Source: an uncultured Gammaproteobacteria bacterium (lineage in GTDB: Bacteria; Pseudomonadota; Gammaproteobacteria; Steroidobacterales; UBA11654). Taken from it: a DNA stretch of 64,000 bases. The position numbers and the translations under genes were made by a program. The notes under the pieces were generated by a model. That model was not told the origin of the DNA. It made no database searches and worked only from the letters and a program-made list of their open reading frames with translations. The stretch's first letter is position 1, and the number at the start of each line of letters is the position of its first letter. The stretch spans positions 128,474-192,473 of the forward strand of contig CALMWC010000003.1 of the NCBI GenBank assembly GCA_937801655.1, read 5' to 3'. This document shows positions 28,367-39,090 of this stretch, piece after piece.

Positions 28367-29558
28367 AAAAAAGAATTATCATCAGAAAACTTCACTAGTT
28401 CATTCAGGAAGGGATAGAAGATTTACTCAGGGTGCTGTCAATATTCCACCTTATAGAGCCTCTACAGTATTATTTGAAACACTTGAGGAATATAACAATT
28501 GGGATAAGCAGTTTAAAAGTTTTCGCTATGGAAGATTGGGTTCACCAAATAGTTTAGCCTTGGAAGAAGCATATTCGGAGATTACGGGAGCTTATAGATC
28601 AATTGCCACTAGTTCAGGTATGTCAGCAATCAATATTGCTGTTAGTGCATTTCTTAAGCAAGGGGACCATGCTCTTGTAACACAGGGTTGTTATGAACCT
28701 GCAGCTGAATTATTCAATCAATATCTAACAAAATTTGGCATTGATGTTGACTTCTTTTCTCCCATAATCGGATCTTCTATAGCTGACTTAATCTTGCCAA
28801 CAACAAAAATTGTTTATTTGGAAGCACCCAGTTCAGTAACTTTTGAGATACCTGATATTGAACTTGTTATTAGTTCTATTAGAGAAAAAAGTAGAGAATT
28901 AGACACTAAAATCATTATTATTTTTGATAATACGTGGGCTGGACCATTGTATTTTAAATCTTTGGATTACGATATAGATATTGAAGTTCAAGCGGCTACT
29001 AAATCTGTTGTAGGACACTCAGATGCAATGCTTGGTTTAGTGGCTTGTACAAAAGAGACATATCAAACGGTCAAAGATTGTTCTAGAAATCAAGGAATAT
29101 CTGTGGGACCTGATACTTGTTATCTAGGTTTAAGGGGCTTAAGAACTATGGGTTTAAGAATGGAAGCTCAATATGACAATGCCAAGAAGATTGCTCTATG
29201 GTTGCATAATCAGCAAGTTATTAAAGAAGTTTTTTATCCACCTGTTTCTTTTTCTAAATATCATGATAATTGGTCGAAAACATTTTTAGGCGGTGGGAGC
29301 TTAATGAGTATGGTGCTTGATGATACATACTCCATGAGTGCTTTAGCTGCTTTTTTAGATGGTATGAATTTATTCGGTATGGGTTATAGCTATGGAGGCT
29401 ATGAGTCTTTGTTAACGCCTTGCAGACTTCAAAAGCAGAGAGTTTCTGATACTGACGACTTTGATCAAACGATGCTGAGAATGTATATAGGGTTGGAGGA
29501 TATCAATGATTTAATAGAAGATTTAGATAGTGGTTTTAAGCGACTCTTGAACGACTAG
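28356..29558 (+). CDS. metC: Cystathionine beta-lyase
   Basis: Collinear with E. coli MetC: GAVN..P..RAST, DNTWAGPLYFKSLDYDIDIEVQAATKSVVGHSDAMLG (PLP Lys), YSYGGYESLL, GLEDINDLIEDLDSGF. Confidence 0.9.
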   Translation: MKDKKKNYHQKTSLVHSGRDRRFTQGAVNIPPYRASTVLFETLEEYNNWDKQFKSFRYGRLGSPNSLALEEAYSEITGAYRSIATSSGMSAINIAVSAFLKQGDHALVTQGCYEPAAELFNQYLTKFGIDVDFFSPIIGSSIADLILPTTKIVYLEAPSSVTFEIPDIELVISSIREKSRELDTKIIIIFDNTWAGPLYFKSLDYDIDIEVQAATKSVVGHSDAMLGLVACTKETYQTVKDCSRNQGISVGPDTCYLGLRGLRTMGLRMEAQYDNAKKIALWLHNQQVIKEVFYPPVSFSKYHDNWSKTFLGGGSLMSMVLDDTYSMSALAAFLDGMNLFGMGYSYGGYESLLTPCRLQKQRVSDTDDFDQTMLRMYIGLEDINDLIEDLDSGFKRLLND

Positions 29559-29564
29559 ATTGTC

Positions 29565-30185
29565 TTAGAAGTTTTTTAAAATATTCTTTTTTATATCATC
29601 GCTTACTTCATTAATACTCAGATTTAATCCTAGATTATTTAAATCAGAAACTTTATTAGAGCTGTTACCGCAAATTATAATATTATTCCATGGGTTCATA
29701 TCCATAGAGATATTGATTGATGCTCCATGATAGCTGCAACCTTTTGAAATTTTTAAACCAAAACTTACTATCTTCTTTTCTTTTATAAAGATTCCAGGTT
29801 CATTTTTTTTGTAAAAGGCATCCTCTTTATAATTTTGAATGGTATCCAGTATTGCTTTCTCAAAACTAGAAATAAAATTTCTCATTTTGATGGATCTTCT
29901 TTTAAGATCAAATAACAAATAAACCATCAGTTGTCCTGGACCATGAAAAGTAAGTTGACCTCCTCGATCTGTCTTTATAACAGGTATATTTGTCAATGAT
30001 GGAATATCATCTTTTTTAGTTCTAGAACCAAAAGTATACACTGGCTCATGTTCTAAGAACCAAACTTCATCTTTAGTATGAGTGTGTCTGTTTTTTGTAA
30101 AGCTTTGCATCTCTAAAAGAGTAGATTGATAATTCTGAAGACCTAAATTTTTGAATACAATTGGTACTTTATTTTTCTGGGACAA
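29565..30185 (-). CDS. lipB: Octanoyltransferase (lipoyl(octanoyl) transferase)
   Basis: WFLEHEPVYTFG, TDRGGQLTFHGPGQLMVY, and HG near the C-terminus. Confidence 0.9.
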   Translation of the reverse strand: MSQKNKVPIVFKNLGLQNYQSTLLEMQSFTKNRHTHTKDEVWFLEHEPVYTFGSRTKKDDIPSLTNIPVIKTDRGGQLTFHGPGQLMVYLLFDLKRRSIKMRNFISSFEKAILDTIQNYKEDAFYKKNEPGIFIKEKKIVSFGLKISKGCSYHGASINISMDMNPWNNIIICGNSSNKVSDLNNLGLNLSINEVSDDIKKNILKNF

Positions 30186-30200
30186 GATCTATGCCATGCT

Positions 30201-31364
30201 TTATTCAAATAAAAGAATAGCAGAATCATAGATTTGACCCCATATTGAATCTTTTTTTATGGCTTTATTGGAGAAAAGAGGTGTATCCACTAGAATATCT
30301 TGATCCAATGTTAGAGTTAATTTTCCGATGGGTTGATTGGTATCAATAGGAGCTATAATTGGTCCAAATATCTCAATATTAGATCGTATATTTTTAAAAG
30401 AGCCTTTAGGGATAGTTTGAAAAAATTCCTTATTTGTGACTAAAGAAATATTCTCATCTTCTCCTTTCCACACCTTAGCTTCAGCATAGATTGTTAATGG
30501 ATCAACTAAGATTTTATTTTCAAAGAAACGGAAACCATAGTTGAGTAAAGCTGATGCTGCATCAGTTCTATCATCAGGAGATTTAGAGCCCGTAACAACT
30601 GCAATTAACCTCATCGAATCTTTTTCTGCAGTAGCTACTAAGCAGTATCCAGCAGAAGAGGTGTAACCTGTTTTCATTCCATCAACAGATTTATCTCTTT
30701 TTAGTAGTTTATTACGATTATATTGCTTTATAGGTTGATCTGTTTTTAAATCTCTAATTTTTTCCGACGAAAAAGTTTGTTGAGAATACCATGGGAAATA
30801 TTGAGGAAAATCTTTAATAATTCGTGAGGCTAAAATTGCTATATCAATAGACGAAGAATAGTGTTCATCTCCATCAAGGCCATAGGAATTTTGATAGTTT
30901 GTATTTTTTAAGCCTATTGCTTGAGCATATTCATTCATATATTCAGAAAATGCTTCTTCTGTTCCTGCAATATGTTCAGCCAAAGCCATACTTGCATCAT
31001 TTCCAGATACTATAATCATACCTTGTAGTAATTCTTCAACGGTCACATTTAACATGGGATTTAAGAACATAGTCGATCCACCGATAGAGGCTGCACGCTT
31101 ACTAATTCTTACTCGGTCATCTAGTAATATCTGTTCTTCCTTGAGGGCTTCAAATACTACAAAAGCCGTCATTAATTTAGTAATACTGGCAGGCTTGATT
31201 TGTTTTGTCTCATCGAAACTAGCAATAATCTTTCCGGTATCAGAATTTAATAAAACGTATGTTTCTGCAGGTATTTTTGGTGCCTTTGGAGTGATGATAA
31301 TGCTATGTACTGGTATAGAAAAACAAGATATTAGTACGATTATTATTTTAGATATTTTCAACAT
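30201..31364 (-). CDS. dacA: D-alanyl-D-alanine carboxypeptidase (PBP5/6 family)
   Basis: Signal peptide, SITKLMT (SxxK), SGNDA (SxN), KTGYT (KTG), C-terminal PBP5_C-like domain. Confidence 0.85.
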   Translation of the reverse strand: MLKISKIIIVLISCFSIPVHSIIITPKAPKIPAETYVLLNSDTGKIIASFDETKQIKPASITKLMTAFVVFEALKEEQILLDDRVRISKRAASIGGSTMFLNPMLNVTVEELLQGMIIVSGNDASMALAEHIAGTEEAFSEYMNEYAQAIGLKNTNYQNSYGLDGDEHYSSSIDIAILASRIIKDFPQYFPWYSQQTFSSEKIRDLKTDQPIKQYNRNKLLKRDKSVDGMKTGYTSSAGYCLVATAEKDSMRLIAVVTGSKSPDDRTDAASALLNYGFRFFENKILVDPLTIYAEAKVWKGEDENISLVTNKEFFQTIPKGSFKNIRSNIEIFGPIIAPIDTNQPIGKLTLTLDQDILVDTPLFSNKAIKKDSIWGQIYDSAILLFE

Positions 31365-31460
31365 AAGAATTTAATTGATTGATTGTTTCAGCTTTTTTTT
31401 TCTTATTTTTAATTATCTGAGAACGATATCATAATTTACTAAAGATAGATAATTCATTGA

Positions 31461-32270
31461 TTACTCTGAAATAATATTAATATTCAAAGAAAGCGAGGTA
31501 AGCTTATCAACTACTCGATTGTATAATTCATTAGTCTTTATAGGGCCAATTCTAACCCTGTAGATAGCTTTTCCATTTACTCTTGCTTTGTTGATAAATA
31601 CTGTTTTGATGCCTAATTCAGATATCTTCATTTTTAATGACTTAGCATTCTTCTGATCACTGAATGCTCCAACTTGTAAATAAAACTTTTCGTTATCTTT
31701 GATTATTCGTTCAAAGATGCTGCCAGAAAATAATCTTTTTTTATTTTTCTTCATGAATTCTGCAGCTTCTTCTTGACTGATAGTATTGATTCTCACAATA
31801 GCTGTACCCTTATCAAGCATGTCTATTTTTTTAGCAGCAGCATATGACAAATCAATAACCCTATTATCTATAAAAGGGCCTCTATCATTGATTTTAACGA
31901 TCACTGACTTCCTATTTCTTATATTGATGACTTTTACATAAGAAGGGAGCGGAAGTGTTTTATGTGCAGCTGTATATTTATACATGTCATAAATTTCTCC
32001 ACAAGCAGTCTGTTTTCCATCAAATTTAGGACCATACCAAGATGCTATTCCTCTTTTTTTATACCCCTTACTAGAGGCCAAGGTGCGATATCTTTTACCT
32101 TTGACAACATATTTCTCTTTACCACTTCTGTCAAAAGTGCAACCATCATTTAAAATTTTGATGACTTCTTTTTTAGATAAATCGGACTTGAAAATAGGGG
32201 TTTGAGTAGAACAACTGGTAATAATTACTACAGCAAATAACAACATAGATCTTAGGAAGAGTTTTCTCAT
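31461..32270 (-). CDS. rlpA: Septal ring lytic transglycosylase RlpA (DPBB + SPOR domains)
   Basis: Lipobox ITSC, GIASWYGPKFDGKQTACGEIYDM...AAHKTLPLPSYVKV...NDRGPF, C-terminal SPOR repeat (YLQVGAF...YRVRIGP). Confidence 0.9.
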   Translation of the reverse strand: MRKLFLRSMLLFAVVIITSCSTQTPIFKSDLSKKEVIKILNDGCTFDRSGKEKYVVKGKRYRTLASSKGYKKRGIASWYGPKFDGKQTACGEIYDMYKYTAAHKTLPLPSYVKVINIRNRKSVIVKINDRGPFIDNRVIDLSYAAAKKIDMLDKGTAIVRINTISQEEAAEFMKKNKKRLFSGSIFERIIKDNEKFYLQVGAFSDQKNAKSLKMKISELGIKTVFINKARVNGKAIYRVRIGPIKTNELYNRVVDKLTSLSLNINIISE

Positions 32271-32272
32271 TA

Positions 32273-33289
32273 CTAATCCACAATCAATTGTATGCTCTCG
32301 CCCAACTGATATACAGCTAATGCATACATTACATTCCTATTGTAGGTGGTGATGACATAGAAATTATGGAAACCGATAAAAGCTTTTTCTTTGTTTGATC
32401 CTTCTAAATATATTGGCTGAGCTCTAGAATTATTTTGCAATGATGTGGAGAATTTGAAGCCTGCATTCTTCAGTTCTTCGATTGTATGATTAGGTTTGAT
32501 GGCTTTAGAGAAATAATCATTTAGTGTTTCATTTGTCACGCTGGTGTCACCATCAGCTAAAGAGGCTTCGCTGAGGATGTTTTCATTGCTTCGCCACCCA
32601 TTTTTCTCTAGATAATTTCCTATACTCATTAGAACATCATCCCATGAGTTAAATAAGTCAATTTTTCCATCAGAATTTCCATCAATGGCGAAGTCTCTGT
32701 AACTAGATGGGATAAACTGTGGTGCACCCATGGCTCCAGCATAGGAACCCTTTATGGATTCTATTGGAAGATTTTGTTCTCTACTCAGATAAAATAAGTG
32801 GATTAACTGCTGCTTAAAAAAAGCACTTCTTGGTGGGTAACCTGCCACAAGTGTATAGAGAGAGTCGATTACTCTATAGTTTCCTTGAATTCTTCCAAAA
32901 GATGTTTCAACACCCAATATGCCTAAGAGAATATTTTTTGGAACCCCAGTCTCATTTTCAACTCTTGTTAGCAATTCTTTATGTTGATTATAAAAGAGAA
33001 TACCTGCAGCAATTCTTTTGGGAGTAATGAAAATATTTCTATATTCTTCCCATGTTTTTGTTTTTTCTGCCGGTTTTGAAATGTTCTCTATTAATTGGGG
33101 TAAGTAGTTTATTTGATTGAAAATAGAAGCAACATATTGCTCATCAAATCCATGTTCTTGAACAAGTTCAGTTATTAATTCTTCATTAAGCTTTTCATTA
33201 ATATTAGCTGATAAATTAGAGATAAAAAGTAGGGCAGAAAAAGTGAATACCTTTACAAAAAATTTTATTGGACTAAGGATCATAATCAT
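32273..33289 (-). CDS. mltB: Lytic murein transglycosylase B
   Basis: GILGVETSFGR, GSYAGAMGAPQFIPSSYRDFAIDGNSDGKIDL, IGNYL motifs. The start shares 1 nt with the rodA stop (TAATG). Confidence 0.85.
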   Translation of the reverse strand: MIMILSPIKFFVKVFTFSALLFISNLSANINEKLNEELITELVQEHGFDEQYVASIFNQINYLPQLIENISKPAEKTKTWEEYRNIFITPKRIAAGILFYNQHKELLTRVENETGVPKNILLGILGVETSFGRIQGNYRVIDSLYTLVAGYPPRSAFFKQQLIHLFYLSREQNLPIESIKGSYAGAMGAPQFIPSSYRDFAIDGNSDGKIDLFNSWDDVLMSIGNYLEKNGWRSNENILSEASLADGDTSVTNETLNDYFSKAIKPNHTIEELKNAGFKFSTSLQNNSRAQPIYLEGSNKEKAFIGFHNFYVITTYNRNVMYALAVYQLGESIQLIVD

Positions 33290-34404
33290 TATTTTGGTAC
33301 CAGTCTTTTATGCGTTCCAACTGACATTAACATGCCAAGTAAAATCATTAAAGTCACCATAGAAGTTCCTCCTCTACTGATCAGGGGAAGCGGCACACCA
33401 ACGACAGGGAGAAGACCAATTGTCATTGAGATATTTACAAAGACATAGATGAAGAAAGTTAAACTAATACTTGCTGCAATAAGTCTTGAAAATAGGTCTT
33501 GAGAATTAATTGCTATCAAAATCCCTCTGCCAACTATGAATAAATATATGCATATAATGATTGCAATTCCAACCAGTCCAAATTCTTCAGCAAGAATGGA
33601 AAAAATAAAGTCAGTTGTTCTTTCAGGTAGAAAATCAAGTTGGCCTTGACTTCCATTCAGCCAACCTTTTCCAAATAAACCTCCTGAACCAATGGCAATC
33701 TTTGATTGAATAATATGATATCCAGCTCCTAATGGATCTTTTTCCGGATTAAGAAAAGTTAAAACTCTTTTTCTTTGGAATTCATTGATCATAGGCCAAA
33801 TTAGAGGGAGAGATGCTATAAAGAGAGAGAAAGCAATGACGAGATAACGTTTCTTGATCCCTGATAAGAAAATAACGATTAAACCAGAAAATGCGACGAG
33901 TACGGATGTTCCTAAGTCTGGTTCTAAATATATAAGGTATGTTGGTAATATCACAATCATAACTGCAAGAGCGATTGAAGTATTAGATGGAGGTAGAGAT
34001 TCTCGAGCAATATATCGAGCCACCATAAGAGGCATACCTATTTTCATTAATTCTGATGGTTGAAAACTGATTCCAATATTTAACCACCTTGTTGCACCAT
34101 TTCTAGTCTCACCCATAATAAGAACTAACCCTAGTAGTATAAAACACAATGAGTATAACCAAGGAGCAATTCGCTCATAATTCAAGGGACTCATTTGTGC
34201 AACCAGAATCATTGCTGCTAAAGAAATTCCAATTCTTATAGATTGATCAATAACGGCATTGATATCACTATTTGAAGCACTATAAATGGCAATTAGACTA
34301 ATAGAAAAAAGAATTATAAAAGCAACTAATAAAGGTAAATCTATATGAAATTTTCTAAAGAGATCTTCACTAGATAAACTATCATAATGTTTTTTAAAGA
34401 GCAT
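33289..34404 (-). CDS. mrdB: Peptidoglycan glycosyltransferase RodA (SEDS family)
   Basis: 10-TM SEDS protein with RWLNIG..FQPSE, LDFLPERTTDFIFSILAEEFG, GVPLPLISRGGTS. Confidence 0.95.
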   Translation of the reverse strand: MLFKKHYDSLSSEDLFRKFHIDLPLLVAFIILFSISLIAIYSASNSDINAVIDQSIRIGISLAAMILVAQMSPLNYERIAPWLYSLCFILLGLVLIMGETRNGATRWLNIGISFQPSELMKIGMPLMVARYIARESLPPSNTSIALAVMIVILPTYLIYLEPDLGTSVLVAFSGLIVIFLSGIKKRYLVIAFSLFIASLPLIWPMINEFQRKRVLTFLNPEKDPLGAGYHIIQSKIAIGSGGLFGKGWLNGSQGQLDFLPERTTDFIFSILAEEFGLVGIAIIICIYLFIVGRGILIAINSQDLFSRLIAASISLTFFIYVFVNISMTIGLLPVVGVPLPLISRGGTSMVTLMILLGMLMSVGTHKRLVPK

Positions 34405-36259
34405 TTTTCATCTCTGAATCCAGTATCGCAGTCATTATTTTTTCAGCAACTGGTGCTGCAGCTAACCTTCCACCACCTCCATTTTCAATAATTACAGTCA
34501 AGGCGATTTTAGGTGTGTTAAGGGGTGCAAAGCCAATAAATAGACCATGATCTTTTAATTCTTCAGGGACCTCTTTATCTTTATTGCTTGATTTATCTAT
34601 ACTGAAGACTTGTGAGCTGCCTGTTTTTCCTGCAATTGGCACATTGGGTTGAAATATACCATAAGCTGTTCCTCTTCTTTCATTAACCACAGCAATCATT
34701 CCTTCATGGATGATATCCCAATGGTTTTCTTTGATATGCTCAAGATTATTGATTTCTTCAATTGGGGTATAGTTGAGTTCACCTGTTTGTATATTTTCAA
34801 TAGCACGAACTAAATGTGGCTGAAAAGCACTCCCTCTATTTGCAATCATTGCAGTAGCCATAGCTAATTGCAGCGGAGTGGCTAGCATGTAACCCTGTCC
34901 AATTCCTGCTATGACTGTTTCTCCTTTAAACCAGCTCTGGTTTTGTTTTGATTTAAAGTTATTTTTTTTCCATGCACGATTTGGAATTATCCCTTTTTTT
35001 TCTGAGCCTATATCAATCAGTGTTTTTTTACCAAAATTAAAATTAGATAAAAATGAACTCATATTCTCAATCCCCATCTCTACAGCTAATTCATAAAAAT
35101 AAACATCACAGGATGCTTGAATGGCCCTTTTTGTATTGACTGAACCATGTGTGTCCCAATCATTAAATGGTCTAGAGTAATTTGGGAGAAAATAATGTCC
35201 TTCACAAGATATAAAATTATCAGGATTAATATATCCCATTTCCAAGCCACCCAGAGCCAACATTGGTTTAATGGTCGAACCTGGCGGGTATTGTCCAGCA
35301 ATGGCCCTATTGAATAAAGGTTTGTTTTTATTGTTTTGAAAAGCAGCATATTCAGAGTTACTCATGCCTTGACTGATTTTATTAGGATCATATGCTGGAG
35401 TGCTAATAAAAATGAGAATCTCACCATTGGAAGGATCAATGCCTACAACGGCACCTTTTTTTCCTTGCATTGCATCGTATGCAATTTCTTGTAGCTTAGT
35501 ATCCAGCGTTAAGATAAGATTGTTTCCTGCTTGAAATGGCTCTTTATCCAATCGATCCATTACTCTCCCACGAACATTCACCAACAGTTTCTCTTTTCCT
35601 GGATAGCCATGCAGTGAAGTTTCATAGTCTCTTTCAATCGATGTTTTTCCAATTTGTTCTTTGCCAGTGTAGATAGCAGAATCAAATCTTAAATAATCAT
35701 TTGATGAAATAGAGCCAACATAGCCTAGTGCATGGGAGAAAACTTCTCCCTTTGGATAGTATCTTACAAGCCTAGTTTTAATATCTATTCCTTTAAATAT
35801 ATTTCTATGATTGGCAAAAATAGCTATTTGTTTTTCAGAAAGCTTAGTATTTAATGTAATAGCTTTAAATTGATAACTGCTATCGATCTTCTCAATTTTC
35901 TCCTTTAGTGCGTCTATTTTATTTATATTGATTAGTTCTAGTTCAGCTAATTGATTCAATGTGTTCTCTATATATCGGACTTGCTCGGGTATCATTTCAA
36001 GTTGGAATACTGGTCTATTCTCGGCCAATACATTGTTATTTCTATCAAAAATCAATCCTCTGCTTGGAGGTATAGATTGAGTTCTAATAGTATTATTGAG
36101 GGAGCGTAATTTGTATTGATCAGAATCATAAATTTGTAAAAAAACCAAACGTATAAAAATTATTGCAGCTAGCAATAGAATTAATAATGAGGAAAATAAG
36201 ATACGATTTAGGAAAATATTTTGATCTTCTTTTTGAGTTATTACTGATTTAAATGACAT
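34394..36259 (-). CDS. mrdA: Penicillin-binding protein 2 (elongasome transpeptidase)
   Basis: PBP dimerisation domain plus transpeptidase motifs STIKP (SxxK), SCDVYF, KTGSSQ (KTG). I place the start at ATG 36259 (MSFKSV...), just after the mreD stop. The ORF-track extension to 36397 overlaps mreD. Confidence 0.93.
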   Translation of the reverse strand: MSFKSVITQKEDQNIFLNRILFSSLLILLLAAIIFIRLVFLQIYDSDQYKLRSLNNTIRTQSIPPSRGLIFDRNNNVLAENRPVFQLEMIPEQVRYIENTLNQLAELELININKIDALKEKIEKIDSSYQFKAITLNTKLSEKQIAIFANHRNIFKGIDIKTRLVRYYPKGEVFSHALGYVGSISSNDYLRFDSAIYTGKEQIGKTSIERDYETSLHGYPGKEKLLVNVRGRVMDRLDKEPFQAGNNLILTLDTKLQEIAYDAMQGKKGAVVGIDPSNGEILIFISTPAYDPNKISQGMSNSEYAAFQNNKNKPLFNRAIAGQYPPGSTIKPMLALGGLEMGYINPDNFISCEGHYFLPNYSRPFNDWDTHGSVNTKRAIQASCDVYFYELAVEMGIENMSSFLSNFNFGKKTLIDIGSEKKGIIPNRAWKKNNFKSKQNQSWFKGETVIAGIGQGYMLATPLQLAMATAMIANRGSAFQPHLVRAIENIQTGELNYTPIEEINNLEHIKENHWDIIHEGMIAVVNERRGTAYGIFQPNVPIAGKTGSSQVFSIDKSSNKDKEVPEELKDHGLFIGFAPLNTPKIALTVIIENGGGGRLAAAPVAEKIMTAILDSEMKNAL

Positions 36260-36267
36260 AAAACTAT

Positions 36268-36750
36268 CTAGTTTTTTATTCTTGATTGTAAGTTTTGCAT
36301 TAAACCCATAAAGAAAGGCCAAATCAAAGATCCTAGTAATATACTTAATAACCTTGATTGTGAAATTACTATTTTCCCAATCATTCCCTCTATCCAAAGA
36401 TGCATCATCTCATTTATTGTAAGCAGGATAAGTATGGTCAGCATCATCTGCCATATCGGAAATACTCTAATTTGCAGTCTAAATCGATAAGTTATGTATG
36501 TTATTAAAGATAAAGCAAGAGAAGACTCACCCAGAATGCCGCCTTGTAAAATATCAAGTATTAATCCTATTAGAAATGCTGAGAATAGACCAATAATGGA
36601 AGGTGTCATAATAGTAAAAAATATCAATGATAAAGCTATCCATGGGACTCTTAAGAAAGATAGATATTCTGGTAAGGGAATTATGGATAGAAGACTGGAA
36701 AGAATCAATATCAACCAAACAAAGGAAATTTTTGATAGTTGTTTACTCAT
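36268..36750 (-). CDS. mreD: Rod shape-determining protein MreD
   Basis: Small polytopic membrane protein between mreC and mrdA. Start uncertain: ORF opens at 36792, and ATG 36750 overlaps the mreC stop by 8 nt. Confidence 0.8.
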   Translation of the reverse strand: MSKQLSKISFVWLILILSSLLSIIPLPEYLSFLRVPWIALSLIFFTIMTPSIIGLFSAFLIGLILDILQGGILGESSLALSLITYITYRFRLQIRVFPIWQMMLTILILLTINEMMHLWIEGMIGKIVISQSRLLSILLGSLIWPFFMGLMQNLQSRIKN

Positions 36751-37601
36751 TTGGGTAATCTTTTTTAACATCTTGGATAACCAAAACTTCATTAATATTT
36801 TTTAGATTGGCAATTGGTTTAGCTCCAATACTAAGATAAGAATCTCCTTTTACCCTTTCTATCTTAGAAATTATGGCAACGGGATATCCCTCAGGGTATC
36901 TTCCACCTAAGCCAGATGTAATCAATACATCATTAACTTTGATATCAGAGTTATTAGGAAGATTATTGAGAATAATTTCATCATAAGAGCCAATGCCAAT
37001 TGCTATTGCTCTAAGTCCATTTCTTGCAACTTTAATAGGAATGCCATGCTCAGGATCTGAAATAAGCAGAACCTCAGAAGCAAGCACTTGATCACGAAAA
37101 ATATGACCAATAATACCTTTAGAATCAGCGATTGCAGCCCCTAACTTTATACCATCCATACTGCCTTTATTAATAATAATTTGATGTTTATCATTGTCCT
37201 GATTAACTGAAATAATATCTGCGAAAATAAAACTTTTATCGTCTTCTGGTTTTGCCTTTAGAAGCTCGAATAATCTTTTATTTTCAGCTTCAAGTTTATA
37301 GGTTTGTTGTACTTTTGAATAAAGTTGTATGATTTCTTTTTTTAATAATTGATTTTCTGTCAAGATAGATTCTCTATCACTTAATTTATCTCTTTAAGTT
37401 ATTGATAATTTTTTTAGGTGCGTTTGCCACAACTTGTAGAGGTAAAACTATTACTGATAGGTAGGATCTTAATCTATCTGTATAATTGCCCTGAAAATCT
37501 AAGTACATCATCCCTAAAGAAAGAATAAATATCAGAATAATTCTCAGTCCACTATAGTTGGGATTTGATCGATCAATTGTATTTTTTTTTGTAAACGGCA
37601 T
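36743..37601 (-). CDS. mreC: Rod shape-determining protein MreC, split by an apparent +1 frameshift (ORFs 37386..37601 and 36743..37363)
   Basis: The 71-aa ORF carries the MreC N-terminus (TM helix, DRLRSYLSVIVLPLQ). The 206-aa ORF carries the coiled coil (ENQLLKKEI...EAENKRL) and beta domains (ITSGLGGRYPEGYPVA). The downstream frame is open from 37393 and the upstream frame closes at TAA 37388..37386, so the switch lies in AAGAGATAAA at about 37389..37393. Confidence 0.85.
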
Positions 37602-37639
37602 GAGGTATAGTCACCCGTTGTTTATAATTTCTGTAGCAG

Positions 37640-38698
<1,059 letters not shown>

Positions 38699-38790
38699 TT
38701 AAAATCCTGAAGAACTACTCTAACAACGTGTAGGATTTTGAGCAACAGGAAGTTATCATTAGAACCTATTTTTATTAATTAAATCATATC

Positions 38791-39078
38791 ATGACTGTAA
38801 AAAAATCTGACATAAATCATATTTGTGATCTATCCAAGTTAAGGATTGATGAGAATGAGATTTCAATTTTTACTAAACAAATTTCAGACATCCTCAATAT
38901 GATTAATGAGTTAGAACAGGCTGACACTAATAATATCAAGCCTATGGCGCATCCAATGAATATGAGTCAACGTTTAAGAAAAGACGAAGCTATATTGAAT
39001 AACGATAGAGATCTTTTTCAAGAAAATGCTATAGATTCTGAAGATGGTTTTTATAAAGTTCCAAAGGTTATAGATTAA
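38791..39078 (+). CDS. gatC: Glu/Asp-tRNA amidotransferase subunit C
   Basis: 95 aa with the LS+L.i.e.E pattern and LR.DE. First gene of gatCAB, divergent from mreB. Confidence 0.9.
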   Translation: MTVKKSDINHICDLSKLRIDENEISIFTKQISDILNMINELEQADTNNIKPMAHPMNMSQRLRKDEAILNNDRDLFQENAIDSEDGFYKVPKVID

Positions 39079-39090
39079 GCGGGTGTATTA

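Noticed and set aside
35086-35349. 87-aa same-strand alternative-frame ORF inside mrdA
   Set aside because: It is embedded in the conserved transpeptidase region of PBP2, with no start context and no recognisable product.
36260-36397. N-terminal 46-codon extension of the mrdA ORF
   Set aside because: It overlaps the 3' end of mreD in another frame and adds non-PBP2-like sequence. ATG 36259 follows the mreD stop and gives a normal PBP2 N-terminus with its TM helix.
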